This document shows positions 34,321-43,664 of a stretch of DNA of 64,000 nucleotides, piece by piece (position 1 is the stretch's first letter; the number at the start of each line of letters is the position of its first letter). The position numbers and the translations under genes were made by a program. Source of the stretch: a virus (lineage: Duplodnaviria > Caudoviricetes); IMG/VR virus record IMGVR_UViG_3300005434_000009, positions 1 to 64,000 of that record; one strand, written 5' to 3'. A model generated the notes under the pieces. That model saw nothing but the letters and a program-made list of their open reading frames with translations, was not told where the DNA came from and did not search any database.

Positions 34321-35363
34321 TGGACGGCGTGAAGCATTCGCAACCTCGCCCCCCGAGTCAAGCTCCCGTTGAGGATCCAAAAAACGGGGTCGACCAGGTC
34401 GTCTTGAGCACCGTTAACAAAACTTATGGCGGTCCGCTCGCCGAGGAACTGGACGATCTCACGCGCGCCGATCTCGATAGCGCGCCACCACAGAACACGC
34501 TGGACGCCTACAGGTACGCACACGAGTCGTTCGCCAAGTTCTGCCGTGAGATCGGCTCGCCCATCTGCCCGGCTCCGGAGTCCACGTTGACCCGCTATGT
34601 GTCCCGGATGAACCGGGACGGGTACGCGCCCGCCACCATTACCCAGCACGTCGGGGCGATCCGGGCGATGCACAACCAGCACGGCCACCCGGGCGAGCCG
34701 AACACCTACCGTGCGTCGCTACTGCTGCGGAAGTACCGGCGACAGCTGGCTCAGGGAGACGGGCAGCGGCAAGCCATCCCGATCGAGCCGGAGTCGCTCC
34801 GCCGCATGATCGCCACCCTGGACGTGACCACAGTGAAGGGGCAGCGGGACCGGCTGGCGTTGACGCTCGGGTTCTGCGGGATGCTCCGCCGCTCCGAGCT
34901 TGTCGGGCTGCGAGTACACGATGTGACCGTGACCGGCGACGGAGTGACTCTGCGGGTGCGGACCAGCAAGACGGACAAGGACTCGCAGGGGCGCGTGGTG
35001 CCGATCCCACCGCAGGGCGATCCTGACCCGAAGGCGCTCACGAGGGCGTGGTTGAACCTGGTCAATTCCGGCTTCCTGCTGCCACGTGTGTCCCGCTCGG
35101 ACGAACTGATGGACGGGGCGTGGCGCGCGGCCGGTGTGTGCGACATGGTGGCCCGTTGCGCCCGGGATGCACACCTTCCGTCGCCGGATCGCTACACGGC
35201 CCACTCCCTGCGGGCCGGTGGCCTCACCGCATCGCTGCGCGCCGGCACCCCCGCTGGCGTGGCCGCACGGCACGGAGGCTGGTCACCGGAGTCCGCGATG
35301 GTGGGCCGGTACGCCCGTGTTGCCGATCAGTGGAAGCACAACGCCATGAGAGGCGTCCTATGA
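34320..35363 (+). CDS. Cre-like tyrosine recombinase
   Basis: SAM-like N-domain (NTLDAYRY), R (MLRRSEL), K (SKTDK), HSLR, HGGW, RY. Confidence 0.9.
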   Translation: MDGVKHSQPRPPSQAPVEDPKNGVDQVVLSTVNKTYGGPLAEELDDLTRADLDSAPPQNTLDAYRYAHESFAKFCREIGSPICPAPESTLTRYVSRMNRDGYAPATITQHVGAIRAMHNQHGHPGEPNTYRASLLLRKYRRQLAQGDGQRQAIPIEPESLRRMIATLDVTTVKGQRDRLALTLGFCGMLRRSELVGLRVHDVTVTGDGVTLRVRTSKTDKDSQGRVVPIPPQGDPDPKALTRAWLNLVNSGFLLPRVSRSDELMDGAWRAAGVCDMVARCARDAHLPSPDRYTAHSLRAGGLTASLRAGTPAGVAARHGGWSPESAMVGRYARVADQWKHNAMRGVL

Positions 35364-35692
35364 GCGAAGCGCGCCGGTTCTGGACCTACGGTAAGGACCA
35401 GTGGTCGGGCCCGCTGATCTCACGCAGCGGGGACGAGTACGGCAACTCCACCGTGGTCTTCCGCCTGCCGGGTGAGCGGGCGCTGATCGTGGCGTACAAC
35501 TGGCCGCTGCGCCGTGAGCTGGAACCGTGCGAAGGCCGAGTCGAGTGGGGCGCGGTGAACGATGACCACGGCGCCCCGATGGACAACCCGTTGCCGCTCG
35601 CGGGCCCCGACTTGCGGGGCTTGCCTCCGGAGGAGTGGAAGCTGGTTCGGCGTGAGCTTTGGGCCAGCCCGTGGCAGGAGGTGCTGGAATGA
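35360..35692 (+). CDS. Hypothetical protein
   Basis: ATGA overlap. Confidence 0.55.
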   Translation: MSEARRFWTYGKDQWSGPLISRSGDEYGNSTVVFRLPGERALIVAYNWPLRRELEPCEGRVEWGAVNDDHGAPMDNPLPLAGPDLRGLPPEEWKLVRRELWASPWQEVLE

Positions 35693-36000
35693 GCGGCGAC
35701 GGCTGGCCGTACATGTCTGACGCTGAGATCGAAGCCGTCCAGCGCAAGGTGAGCGAACCGGGTTACGTCCCACCTCCGTATCCGCCTCTTCACGGTCTCC
35801 TGCACCAGCTTCTGTCCTCAATCGACCGGAAGCCTGACATCCACCGCGTTCGGGTCGACAGCACGTGGTGGGACGTCCTGGGTTGGGAGTGCTCCTACCG
35901 GTATCAGGCGAAGTGTCGGTGCGGTTGGTACGGCGACGAGACCAAGTCGAAGGTGACAGCTGAGCGGCAGGCGGAGTGGCATGCGAGCTCGAAGCTTTAG
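35689..36000 (+). CDS. Hypothetical protein with CxCGW..H motif
   Basis: AKCRCGWY..WH. Confidence 0.55.
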   Translation: MSGDGWPYMSDAEIEAVQRKVSEPGYVPPPYPPLHGLLHQLLSSIDRKPDIHRVRVDSTWWDVLGWECSYRYQAKCRCGWYGDETKSKVTAERQAEWHASSKL

Positions 36001-36014
36001 CAGGTGGGGACGTT

Positions 36015-36321
36015 ATGAGTGACGTGATTCGCTGGGAAGACCCACCGGAATGGCGAACCCTCCCGCTGTTTGATGAACTCCACGCCCAACCGTTGCGGTG
36101 GGCGGTGATCTGGGAGGAAGGCAGCGGGACGACCGATGAGCTGTGGGCACTCCAGAAGGCCTTGCTATCTACATCCCCGCGTGAAGTCCGACCTGGAGCA
36201 ACGACACCAGGTCAGGCCCGACGGTGGCGACTCCTACTACCCCAAGGCGCTGCGCGCGGTGTACGTACCGTTCGGGGAATCGTGGCATGGTCCGACCTAC
36301 CGGGGCCAGTCGGATGCCTGA
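36015..36321 (+). pseudogene. Probably frameshifted small protein
   Basis: N-part (IRWEDPP..RWAVI) and C-part (..LRAVYV..SDA*, overlapping next start) are in different frames; break near 36165. Confidence 0.35.
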
Positions 36322-36565
36322 CTCCCCGCCGACGCTCACCCGCGTGTCCATCGACCTGAACGTGCGAGTCCGTGGGCGGCAGACTCTCGCTGGCCTGGAG
36401 GACGTCCACGGTCCGATCGAGGTGGGCCAACTGGTGGAGGTGTTCGAGGAGGAGTCCGGTGCCTACGGTCCGGGGTATGTGATGGACATCGACACGAAGA
36501 AGCGGCTGGTGTACCTGTCGGTGGACTGGGCTGGGATGCGACTACCGGAGGCTGACTGTGGTTGA
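36314..36565 (+). CDS. Hypothetical protein
   Basis: MPDSPPTL...; coupled. Confidence 0.6.
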   Translation: MPDSPPTLTRVSIDLNVRVRGRQTLAGLEDVHGPIEVGQLVEVFEEESGAYGPGYVMDIDTKKRLVYLSVDWAGMRLPEADCG

Positions 36566-37028
36566 GCTCGACATCATTGAGTCCGAAGCCGTTCCAGCTG
36601 ACGGTAAGGACGGGCGGCCGGCGTCATTCATCCAGTGGAAGGGCACCGACCTGTGCGCTGATTTCTTCTGCCCGTGCGGGAGCGGTGGGCACATCGACGC
36701 CGGGTTCGCCTACTCGGTGCACTGCACAGAATGTGGTCGCCGCTGGCACCTGGCCCCCGTGCTGTTGGTGCGGGAGATGAAACCCGGTGAGTTCGACCCG
36801 GGTGAGGCGGTGATCGACCTCTACGACGATGACGCCGACGAGAGAATGGCGATGCCGGTATTCACCAGGAACTGGCCTGGCCACAAGTGCCCGGTATGCG
36901 GGGTGATGATCGCAGAGGTGAACACCACCCGGGACGGTGACGCCGCCCAAACGCTCCCCTGTGGTTGTCGTTGGGACCGCAGCCGTGAGGGGCAGTGGAA
37001 GCACCAGGGCGAGCACCGGCATGTCTGA
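36558..37028 (+). CDS. Zn-ribbon hypothetical protein
   Basis: IQWKGTDLC.DF.CPCG..H.D..C.EC; CPVC. Confidence 0.6.
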   Translation: MVELDIIESEAVPADGKDGRPASFIQWKGTDLCADFFCPCGSGGHIDAGFAYSVHCTECGRRWHLAPVLLVREMKPGEFDPGEAVIDLYDDDADERMAMPVFTRNWPGHKCPVCGVMIAEVNTTRDGDAAQTLPCGCRWDRSREGQWKHQGEHRHV

Positions 37029-37236
37029 GCCTAAGACCCAGCGGGTCCTCGTCCACGTCCGCTACCCCGACGATCCTCCACTGGAGATGGTGTACAGCGC
37101 TGACGGGACGGTGGAGCAGTTGGCCGGCCCTCCGGGTGTGGTGATGGAGGTCCCGGTGTCGGAACCTGGGCCGACCATGACGGTTCGGCTCGAGCACAGC
37201 CCGGAGGACGGGACGACATGGACGGAGCTGACGTGA
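37021..37236 (+). CDS. Hypothetical protein
   Basis: 71 aa, coupled. Confidence 0.5.
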   Translation: MSEPKTQRVLVHVRYPDDPPLEMVYSADGTVEQLAGPPGVVMEVPVSEPGPTMTVRLEHSPEDGTTWTELT

Positions 37237-37516
37237 GCGACGCCGAGTCCATCGCCCTGATCCGCTGGCTGGACGAACGGCCGCCCACCGAACGCGGGTG
37301 ATGGAGCAACAGGGACCTTACGGAACTCGCCGGTGACCCGGCCGAGCAAGGTGCGGGTGACCGAGTACAGCAACATCGCTGGGGCGTCTCGCTCGGTATA
37401 TGTGGCCTGATGGTCGGGTGCGGCGGTTCGACCGCAACCGTGGAGATCTGGGGTGGACCGAGGTGGATGATGCCTGATCTCGTCGGACGAGTACACCGAC
37501 GTTTGCCCCTGAACGC

Positions 37517-37563
37517 AACAAAGGACCCCACCTCCCCGATCCCGTAGGACCGAAGAGGTGGGG
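37517..37563 (-). terminator. Terminator between convergent late and plus-strand operons
   Basis: CCCCACCTC/GAGGTGGGG 9-bp stem, TTTGTT tail on minus strand. Confidence 0.6.
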
Positions 37564-37658
37564 CCAATGTGGGGTTCCGCCGCCCCAGGAGTCGCTCCGG
37601 GGGGAGCTGACGACGGAACCCCGATCCGTGGGGCGGTTAGTCAGATGTTGGTATGGCT

Positions 37659-38276
37659 CTACGGAAGGACAGCCGCGTAATACCGTTGCCCCGACGCGAC
37701 GAGCGAGGCCGCGGTGAACGACGACGGCAGATCGGTCTGCCCAGTGAGCGTGCCGATGATGCGTGGGACTAGAGCCGTCTCGTTGATGACACCGGTGCCC
37801 ACGGACAACCCCGGCAACGTGGGGGCTGTCGCCGCTGTGACCACCAAGATCGCCAACGCGTACCGCTGCCCGGCGACCTTCGCGTAACTGGACGACCACG
37901 ACCGGGTGTAGGCGGTATTGGCCGCTGCGAAGATCGTGGTGTCGTTGGCGATCGACGCGACCAGAGTGCCGTTGTCGGAGCCGTCCACCGTGTACAGGCC
38001 GAAGCGGACCAGGGTGGGAGTCGCGCCCGCCGCTGTCCCGCCGGAGTACACGCGGACCTGGGTGGTGGTCTCCGTTTTTCGGGCGGTGAAGAAACTCAGC
38101 CGCAACGACTGGGACACCGTGGTCAGGGCGTTGCTTGCCGCCATGGTTACCGGGAACGTCGCTTCCCCGGTTGCCAGGGCGTCAGGGTCGCGCAGCAACG
38201 CCGGCGGCAGGTTGTCCCCGTCGGGGATCTCGGTGAGAGTCCCGCCGTTGTTGTAGACGGGCCTGCGGGAGGCCAC
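37659..38276 (-). CDS. Putative virion/tail-associated protein
   Basis: T/A/G-rich beta-type composition; end of tail operon. Confidence 0.55.
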   Translation of the reverse strand: MASRRPVYNNGGTLTEIPDGDNLPPALLRDPDALATGEATFPVTMAASNALTTVSQSLRLSFFTARKTETTTQVRVYSGGTAAGATPTLVRFGLYTVDGSDNGTLVASIANDTTIFAAANTAYTRSWSSSYAKVAGQRYALAILVVTAATAPTLPGLSVGTGVINETALVPRIIGTLTGQTDLPSSFTAASLVASGQRYYAAVLP

Positions 38277-38279
38277 CGC

Positions 38280-38786
38280 CTACGCCAGGACGATCGTGGT
38301 GGTCGGCTTGAAGTCGATGGCGGTGGTGGTGAGCCCTACCCCGATCTTCTGCACCGTCTTACCCGTGCCGGAGGGCGCGGTGGTGGTGAACCCGCCCGGG
38401 GTGGTGTCGGACAGGAACACCTCAGCCCCGGCGGTGACAGAGGTGACGGCGGTGTTGATCCCGGCCAGGTACACAGCCGCGGTGCCTCCGTTGGAGACGG
38501 AGGCCAACACGAACCCGTCGGCTTTCTTGCCGGAGGTGGACGCGTCGGCCTTGCGCACCTTCGCCCCGGTGGAGGTCCACACGTTGACGAAGTCCCCGGC
38601 GTTCAACGCTTCGGTGGCGACCAGGTTCTGGATCTCGATGTCGGTGCCGACCGGCATGAACGAGGGGTCCAGGCGCCCGGAGCCGTCCAGGCCGGGGATC
38701 TTACCGGCGTCCCCGGCGCCCGCCGACGACGCCAACGCGGCCTTCTCGGTGAGAGTTCCGGCGACCTGGGCGATGTACTTGTCCAC
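38280..38786 (-). CDS. Putative virion protein
   Basis: SAGAGDAGKIP.LD.SGRLD, A.EAL.AGDFVN..KADA; start re-called at GTG. Confidence 0.6.
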   Translation of the reverse strand: MDKYIAQVAGTLTEKAALASSAGAGDAGKIPGLDGSGRLDPSFMPVGTDIEIQNLVATEALNAGDFVNVWTSTGAKVRKADASTSGKKADGFVLASVSNGGTAAVYLAGINTAVTSVTAGAEVFLSDTTPGGFTTTAPSGTGKTVQKIGVGLTTTAIDFKPTTTIVLA

Positions 38787-38859
38787 TGAGGCTCCTATGT
38801 CAAGGCACGACGAATAGCCCTGAACCGGCGGCGGTCGGGGCGAAGTGGGGGGGGTGAGG

Positions 38860-39282
38860 TCAGGTGAGCCGGCCGACGTGCAGCGGCACCACATCGGAGA
38901 AGGTGTCGCGCTTTTGAGTGGCCGCGTGTGTCAGGTCGTGGGTGACGCCCGCTTTCGTTTCCCGGACCTGGGGGTCGAAGAAAGCGTGGTATTGCTGGAA
39001 GGCGCCCCCGGTGAAACTCAAACTATGTTGAGCATCAATGCATTCGTAGGCGGGCTGCTGGGACCAGTCGCCACCGGTGGGAAGGTTGAACCCGCCCTCG
39101 AGCTCGGTGCGGCCACCGCTGGTGGTCTTAATGATCGTCCCGTACTTCTCGATCTTCAGGCCGAAGCACCACAAATCGCCACCGGCATTCAAGATCCGCC
39201 GATTCGGTGTCACCCCGGCGCCGGTGTGGGTGATGAACCGGCCTCGGACCCAGACGTGGGAGATGTTCCCCGGTAGCGCCAT
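38860..39282 (-). CDS. Putative minor tail protein
   Basis: 140 aa in tail operon. Confidence 0.5.
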   Translation of the reverse strand: MALPGNISHVWVRGRFITHTGAGVTPNRRILNAGGDLWCFGLKIEKYGTIIKTTSGGRTELEGGFNLPTGGDWSQQPAYECIDAQHSLSFTGGAFQQYHAFFDPQVRETKAGVTHDLTHAATQKRDTFSDVVPLHVGRLT

Positions 39283-39321
39283 CCAGTCCCTCCACTTTCC
39301 GACAGAACGAAGGGACTCGAG

Positions 39322-39936
39322 TCACATGAAGAACGGGAGGAAGGATCCCACGCCCAACGGGGGGATCGCCACCGTCCACCCGCCGGCGGTGTTCGCGGTC
39401 CCAGTGAACGCGCCCGGATCCTCAGAGCTGGCGTTGAGGGTGCGGCGAGCCAGGGCGAGAAGGTGGTCGCCGGCGTTGAACGACGCGTTAGCGAGGTTGG
39501 TGTAGTTCGTCGGGGCGGCGGTGATCGAGTTGGTGAAGTTCGAACCACCCGCGAACCACAGATAATCCCTGGCGGTCGTCATATTCAACGCCGGCGGGTT
39601 GATCGCCCCCGTGGTCCCGGCGTACCCGATCCCGGCGATAGACCCTGACCAGTTGTCGATGGAGGTGATGAAGCCTCCGGACCGGCCGCCACCAGCTACC
39701 GTGCACGTGTCGCTAGCCTGGGCAACCTTCGCCCACACCTTCACAAACGTGGTCGAGCCGACGTTGGTCGAGCCCACCAGGGTCCAGGCGCCGTTGACGC
39801 TCGATGCCCCGGTCGCCGAGGTGAGACAGCCGACGTTGGCGAGAAGCAGCTGCCCGGCGGTGAAGGCGGGCATCGTGAAAACGCCGGTGGTGGTGTCGGT
39901 GGTGGCGGCCTGGGCGTTGACGGTGGGGAACGCCAT
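39322..39936 (-). CDS. Putative minor tail/fibre protein
   Basis: T/G/A-rich beta-sandwich-like. Confidence 0.55.
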   Translation of the reverse strand: MAFPTVNAQAATTDTTTGVFTMPAFTAGQLLLANVGCLTSATGASSVNGAWTLVGSTNVGSTTFVKVWAKVAQASDTCTVAGGGRSGGFITSIDNWSGSIAGIGYAGTTGAINPPALNMTTARDYLWFAGGSNFTNSITAAPTNYTNLANASFNAGDHLLALARRTLNASSEDPGAFTGTANTAGGWTVAIPPLGVGSFLPFFM

Positions 39937-39939
39937 CGG

Positions 39940-40410
39940 TCAGAGGGTTTGGCTGGAAGCGAGCAGGATCCACACCCCGCCGGCGAGGGAGCTGTACCGC
40001 ATCCCGATTAACCCGACCTTCCCGGAGGCGATAGCCAGGGTGGAGGACAGCCCGGTGGACAGGACGATGGACCCGTTGTAGGTGACCGTCCTGGCACCGC
40101 CGGACGCCAGGACTTCCACGAACAACATCTGCCCGTTGGTGCCGTTTGTGGGCACCGACATGGCCGGGTTGCCGGTGGCGGTGATCTGGTGATTGTCCCC
40201 GGTGGAGGCGTCGATCGCCAACGTGGTGGTGACCGACTGGGTCTGGGGGGTGCGCACCTCACGGACAGCGGTGACCAGCCCGGTGAACGTCGGGGACGCC
40301 AACGGTGCTTTGAGTGCGTCGGCGGCGTCCATCTGCTGCTTCGTTGCCGCCTGCAACGCCGACGTCGCATCGGCTGGCAGAACGACTGGGGTGGTGAACT
40401 GCCGCGCCAC
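39940..40410 (-). CDS. Putative tail fibre-associated protein
   Basis: AATKQQMD, KAPLASPTFTG fibre-like motifs. Confidence 0.6.
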   Translation of the reverse strand: MARQFTTPVVLPADATSALQAATKQQMDAADALKAPLASPTFTGLVTAVREVRTPQTQSVTTTLAIDASTGDNHQITATGNPAMSVPTNGTNGQMLFVEVLASGGARTVTYNGSIVLSTGLSSTLAIASGKVGLIGMRYSSLAGGVWILLASSQTL

Positions 40411-41510
40411 TACCCCTCCACCATGCACGTCCAGTTATTCGACGCCGGGGCGGCGGGCAGTGTCACGACAAGGTTGTTCGCGTCCGAGGCGACCTCGTCG
40501 AACTCCACCAACTGACCTTGGGTGTACCCGGCGGCCGGGGAGGTGTAAGCGCGCACCGTCAACCGGGGGGCTGAGTTCCCCAGCGCATGGTTGATCGTCA
40601 CCGTGGACCCGGAGATGGAGAAGATCCCCGATGTGGACGACGGGATGACCCCGGTGACCTTCCGGACCACCTTCGTGGTGTCGACCGCCACCCCGGACCC
40701 GGACACCGAGATGCCAGTGTCGGCGACCACGGAGAACGTGTTCGTGGACAGGGTCAAACCGTTGCCGGCGGAGTAGGTGGCCCCGGTGGCACCCCGGAAC
40801 GCGAACGTCGGAGTCGTAGTGCCCAGGGTGATAGCCGAGTCGTTGGTGAGTACCGCGAACGTGTCCGCGTTCGTGCCCTGCTCCACGATCCAGAACGACC
40901 CCAGCACCGCCTCAGCGGAGGTGTCCCAGTTCGTCGCCCTGGTCATGGCCGACCCGGCACCGTTGAACACGTACGGGCCACCCTGGGAGCCGGTGGTCTG
41001 GTTCGTCAGCAGGAAGATCTGCCCGTTGGATGCGGTGACACCGTCGATCGTGGACGGCGCCGACGCGATGTTGATGTTCGTGGTGGCGGCGGCGACCACA
41101 GCGCCCTTGATGATCAGTCCAGTGGACAGCCCGGAGATCTGGGTGTCGACGTAGTTCTTCGTCGCCGCATCCTGGGCCGACCCCGGGTCGGTGACGTTGG
41201 TGAGCTTGTGCGACCCGATGGACAGGTCCGTGTTCGGGGTGGCGAACTGGTCCAGCCGGTAAGCCTGCACCGTGGCAGCCAGGTCCGAAATGGTGGACGA
41301 CAGCTGGGTGCCGGTGTGGTTTGCCCGCGCCCGCACATCAATGGCGGTGGTGCCGTCCCAGTACATGAGCCGGTTGGTCGAGGTGTTGAACCATACCCGG
41401 CCTGCCTGCCCAGACCCCAACCCTGCCGGGTCCGAGGAGACGGGGTTGAGCATGGCGTTGAGGAGACTGAACCCCAGCAGGTCCAGGTCGGTGGCGAACC
41501 TACGGCTCAA
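40410..41510 (-). CDS. Tail fibre-like protein
   Basis: TTG start with AGGAG; RANHTGTQ, DP.SAQDAATKNYVD, IDGV..L..QT..G.Y motifs. Confidence 0.7.
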   Translation of the reverse strand: MSRRFATDLDLLGFSLLNAMLNPVSSDPAGLGSGQAGRVWFNTSTNRLMYWDGTTAIDVRARANHTGTQLSSTISDLAATVQAYRLDQFATPNTDLSIGSHKLTNVTDPGSAQDAATKNYVDTQISGLSTGLIIKGAVVAAATTNINIASAPSTIDGVTASNGQIFLLTNQTTGSQGGPYVFNGAGSAMTRATNWDTSAEAVLGSFWIVEQGTNADTFAVLTNDSAITLGTTTPTFAFRGATGATYSAGNGLTLSTNTFSVVADTGISVSGSGVAVDTTKVVRKVTGVIPSSTSGIFSISGSTVTINHALGNSAPRLTVRAYTSPAAGYTQGQLVEFDEVASDANNLVVTLPAAPASNNWTCMVEG

Positions 41511-41521
41511 GGGGCACGCTC

Positions 41522-41932
41522 CTAAGACACGTAAACGACGCCGGAGAACGGCACCCCGAAGGTGAGTTCGGTGATGCCGGTGGCGGGGTGAGAGAGGGTG
41601 GCCCACTCGGTGGAGTAGCCGTCGTTTTCCACGGCCACAACCCCGGCCGGTTTGAACAGGAACCCGTGCTGGATCTGCACCAGCAACGCCGGAGAGGACT
41701 GGGTGTGCACGTACCCGAGCCCCGCCTCATCACCGGCCGGACCCGCTGGTCCTTGCGGTCCAGGTGGTCCCTGCACTCCGACGTCGGAGATCTGGATGAC
41801 CGGTGCCGTCTCGGTGATGGACAGCCGCACCGGCTCCTCTGTGACTTCCAGTACCGTCACGCCGTTCACCACGGTCACCTGCACCGACGGGGAGGTGACC
41901 TGGAGGTTGGCCGTCTCTTCGACGACCGTCAC
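41522..41932 (-). CDS. Minor tail protein with short collagen-like stretch
   Basis: GVQGPPGPQGPAGPAG; YVHTQ..IQH. Confidence 0.65.
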   Translation of the reverse strand: MTVVEETANLQVTSPSVQVTVVNGVTVLEVTEEPVRLSITETAPVIQISDVGVQGPPGPQGPAGPAGDEAGLGYVHTQSSPALLVQIQHGFLFKPAGVVAVENDGYSTEWATLSHPATGITELTFGVPFSGVVYVS

Positions 41933-42297
41933 CTCCACCGGGTCACCGCCCGCTCCAGCGACGACTTCCCCTTCAATAGCTTCTTGTCCTGACCGCCGGC
42001 GAGGATGACGAACAGATCCCATTTGCCGAGGGTGAAGTCCAACAAGGCGGTGATGTCACCGGATACGTTGGCGTCGATGACCCCGGAGGTGTTCAGCGGG
42101 CCGATGGTCTGGCCGTCGCGGAGGTTGTCCGAGTCGAAGTCGAGCAAGGTGTCGGCTGAGTCGACCGCGTCACGGACCTGGAACAGCACCCGCGCCCCGG
42201 TCAGGTCGACCAGGGCGCCGGCCTTGTCTCGCCACACGATGTACAGCTGGAGGTCTTCACCCTGGGCGATGGGTAAGTCGTAGGTCTGGGCAGTCAC
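41929..42297 (-). CDS. BppU-N-like baseplate/tail protein
   Basis: YDL.I.QGED..W.D..G..VDLTG....QVR..G.WDL. Confidence 0.65.
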   Translation of the reverse strand: MTAQTYDLPIAQGEDLQLYIVWRDKAGALVDLTGARVLFQVRDAVDSADTLLDFDSDNLRDGQTIGPLNTSGVIDANVSGDITALLDFTLGKWDLFVILAGGQDKKLLKGKSSLERAVTRWR

Positions 42298-42349
42298 CTG
42301 CTCCGCCTCCTTGCGAGCTCAGGGGAACGAGGGAGACGGAGCGGGCGGG

Positions 42350-42496
42350 CTAGTACCAGCGGTTGCCCCACGGGGCGGCCGTACCGAGGACCAGAAGGAC
42401 CAATCCCAACACCAGGAGCAGGACGCCCAAGGTCTGGAGGATCCCGATTCCGAAGACGACACCGAGGATGATCAGCAGGATTCCGAGCAGGATCAT
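42350..42496 (-). CDS. Small two-TM membrane protein (DUF6131-like)
   Basis: MILLGILLIILGVVFGIGILQTLGVLLLVLGLVLLVLG..WY; ATGA overlap; not in track. Confidence 0.65.
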   Translation of the reverse strand: MILLGILLIILGVVFGIGILQTLGVLLLVLGLVLLVLGTAAPWGNRWY

Positions 42497-42840
42497 GCGA
42501 CCACCTCGGGCGCCGAGGCCGGGGCGACCACCTGAGTGCGGATGAAGAATGCGGTCACGGCGGACACGAACACCATCACCGACGACTGAACATCCGGAGC
42601 GAGCGCCAGACCGAACGAGAGAGCGCAGGCGATGCCGGCCTGGACAAGCCCGGAGGCGGCGGCGGCGGCCTTCTCAGCGGACACCGACGCGGCGAGGACG
42701 AACCCGAGCAGCGCCACGGCGACCGCGTTCAGGGTCCCCTGCTCCGCCACGGAGAGATGCAGGAACAGAGCCGAGGCCAGCTGGATGACGGCCGCTGCGA
42801 AGCCGAGGATCTGGGCGGGCTCTCGCTTGAGGTAGTTCAC
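42493..42840 (-). CDS. Holin
   Basis: REPA.I.G, four hydrophobic segments, FIRTQV.P tail typical of actinophage holins. Confidence 0.7.
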   Translation of the reverse strand: MNYLKREPAQILGFAAAVIQLASALFLHLSVAEQGTLNAVAVALLGFVLAASVSAEKAAAAASGLVQAGIACALSFGLALAPDVQSSVMVFVSAVTAFFIRTQVVAPASAPEVVA

Positions 42841-43139
42841 GACGGGACCTCCTGGGTTGTGCCGGCCTCCTGGTCGGCGTCGATGAGTACGAAGTGCGCG
42901 GACAGAGCCGCCCAGAAAAGGGCGAACGCCGCCGCTCCGATCCACCTACAGCTGTTGTCGGGGCCCAGCCCCAACTTGCGGGAGGCCCACCGGCTCACAC
43001 GGCCCAGCCAGCGGTTCATCACCCGAGACAGGGTGAGGTGTTTGTTCCGCCGGAACGCGGCCTCCTCGAGCAGCGCGAAGCTGCCCAACACCCCGGCGAT
43101 CCAGAAGGCCCAAGCGCGGGGCCACAGCCGTGCTGCCAT
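42837..43139 (-). CDS. Membrane protein
   Basis: Two hydrophobic segments, TLSR..RW. Confidence 0.55.
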   Translation of the reverse strand: MAARLWPRAWAFWIAGVLGSFALLEEAAFRRNKHLTLSRVMNRWLGRVSRWASRKLGLGPDNSCRWIGAAAFALFWAALSAHFVLIDADQEAGTTQEVPS

Positions 43140-43172
43140 CGCCGGTCTCCCGTTCGACGTGACGTTGGAGCC

Positions 43173-43220
43173 GCCCCGGGGGTGCGGCGGGGAGCGGGCG
43201 AGTTACCGCACCCCCGGGGC
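43173..43220. terminator. Strong hairpin, terminator-like
   Basis: Perfect 15-bp stem GCCCCGGGGGTGCGG/CCGCACCCCCGGGGC. Confidence 0.6.
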
Positions 43221-43235
43221 TGGCGAGGGAGGTGG

Positions 43236-43664
43236 TCAGGCGACAGGCGGGACGTCCCCACCATCAGCCGGGGCCTCCGGGGACGGGTCGATGTCGGAGG
43301 TGGTCTGGTCCAGGGACCCCACCGCCGACTCCAGAGCCGACAGGTCCAGGTCCGGGTGACCGGCCTTGATCTCGTCGACCTCCGCGCGGATCTTCGCCAC
43401 GTCGTCGGTGATCCGCTGCGCGAACGCGTTCAGGTCATCCTGCTGGCTCATCGCCATCTCCCTTAGTTGCTCGATCTGCTTCTTCTGGGCCGCGAGCTCC
43501 GCGTACACCAGTCGGAGGTCACCCCACAGGACGGGCACCCACCAGCGGGGATGCCAGCCGGGTGACGGGGTTGTGCACCGGCACGGCTGGTTGTCACCGC
43601 ACAGGCAACGCTCATGCTTGTGACGGGCACGGGCACGGTCCTGGGAGTCCGGCCGGCGGGTCAC
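43236..43664 (-). CDS. Lysis-cassette coiled-coil protein
   Basis: GTGA overlap with lysin stop; amphipathic helix region. Confidence 0.55.
   Translation of the reverse strand: MTRRPDSQDRARARHKHERCLCGDNQPCRCTTPSPGWHPRWWVPVLWGDLRLVYAELAAQKKQIEQLREMAMSQQDDLNAFAQRITDDVAKIRAEVDEIKAGHPDLDLSALESAVGSLDQTTSDIDPSPEAPADGGDVPPVA

Noticed and set aside
34210-34330. clt/TRS 8-bp repeat array for TraB
   Set aside because: No convincing multi-copy 8-mer found by eye next to the translocase; needs a computational search
11924-36000. Shared CxCGW..H motif in two small proteins (11924 and 35689)
   Set aside because: Motif is short and common in actinophage small proteins; no further similarity seen
37233-37500. 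Chain of tiny coupled ORFs at the end of the plus-strand operon
   Set aside because: 11-25 aa each with no motifs; cannot be distinguished from decayed sequence
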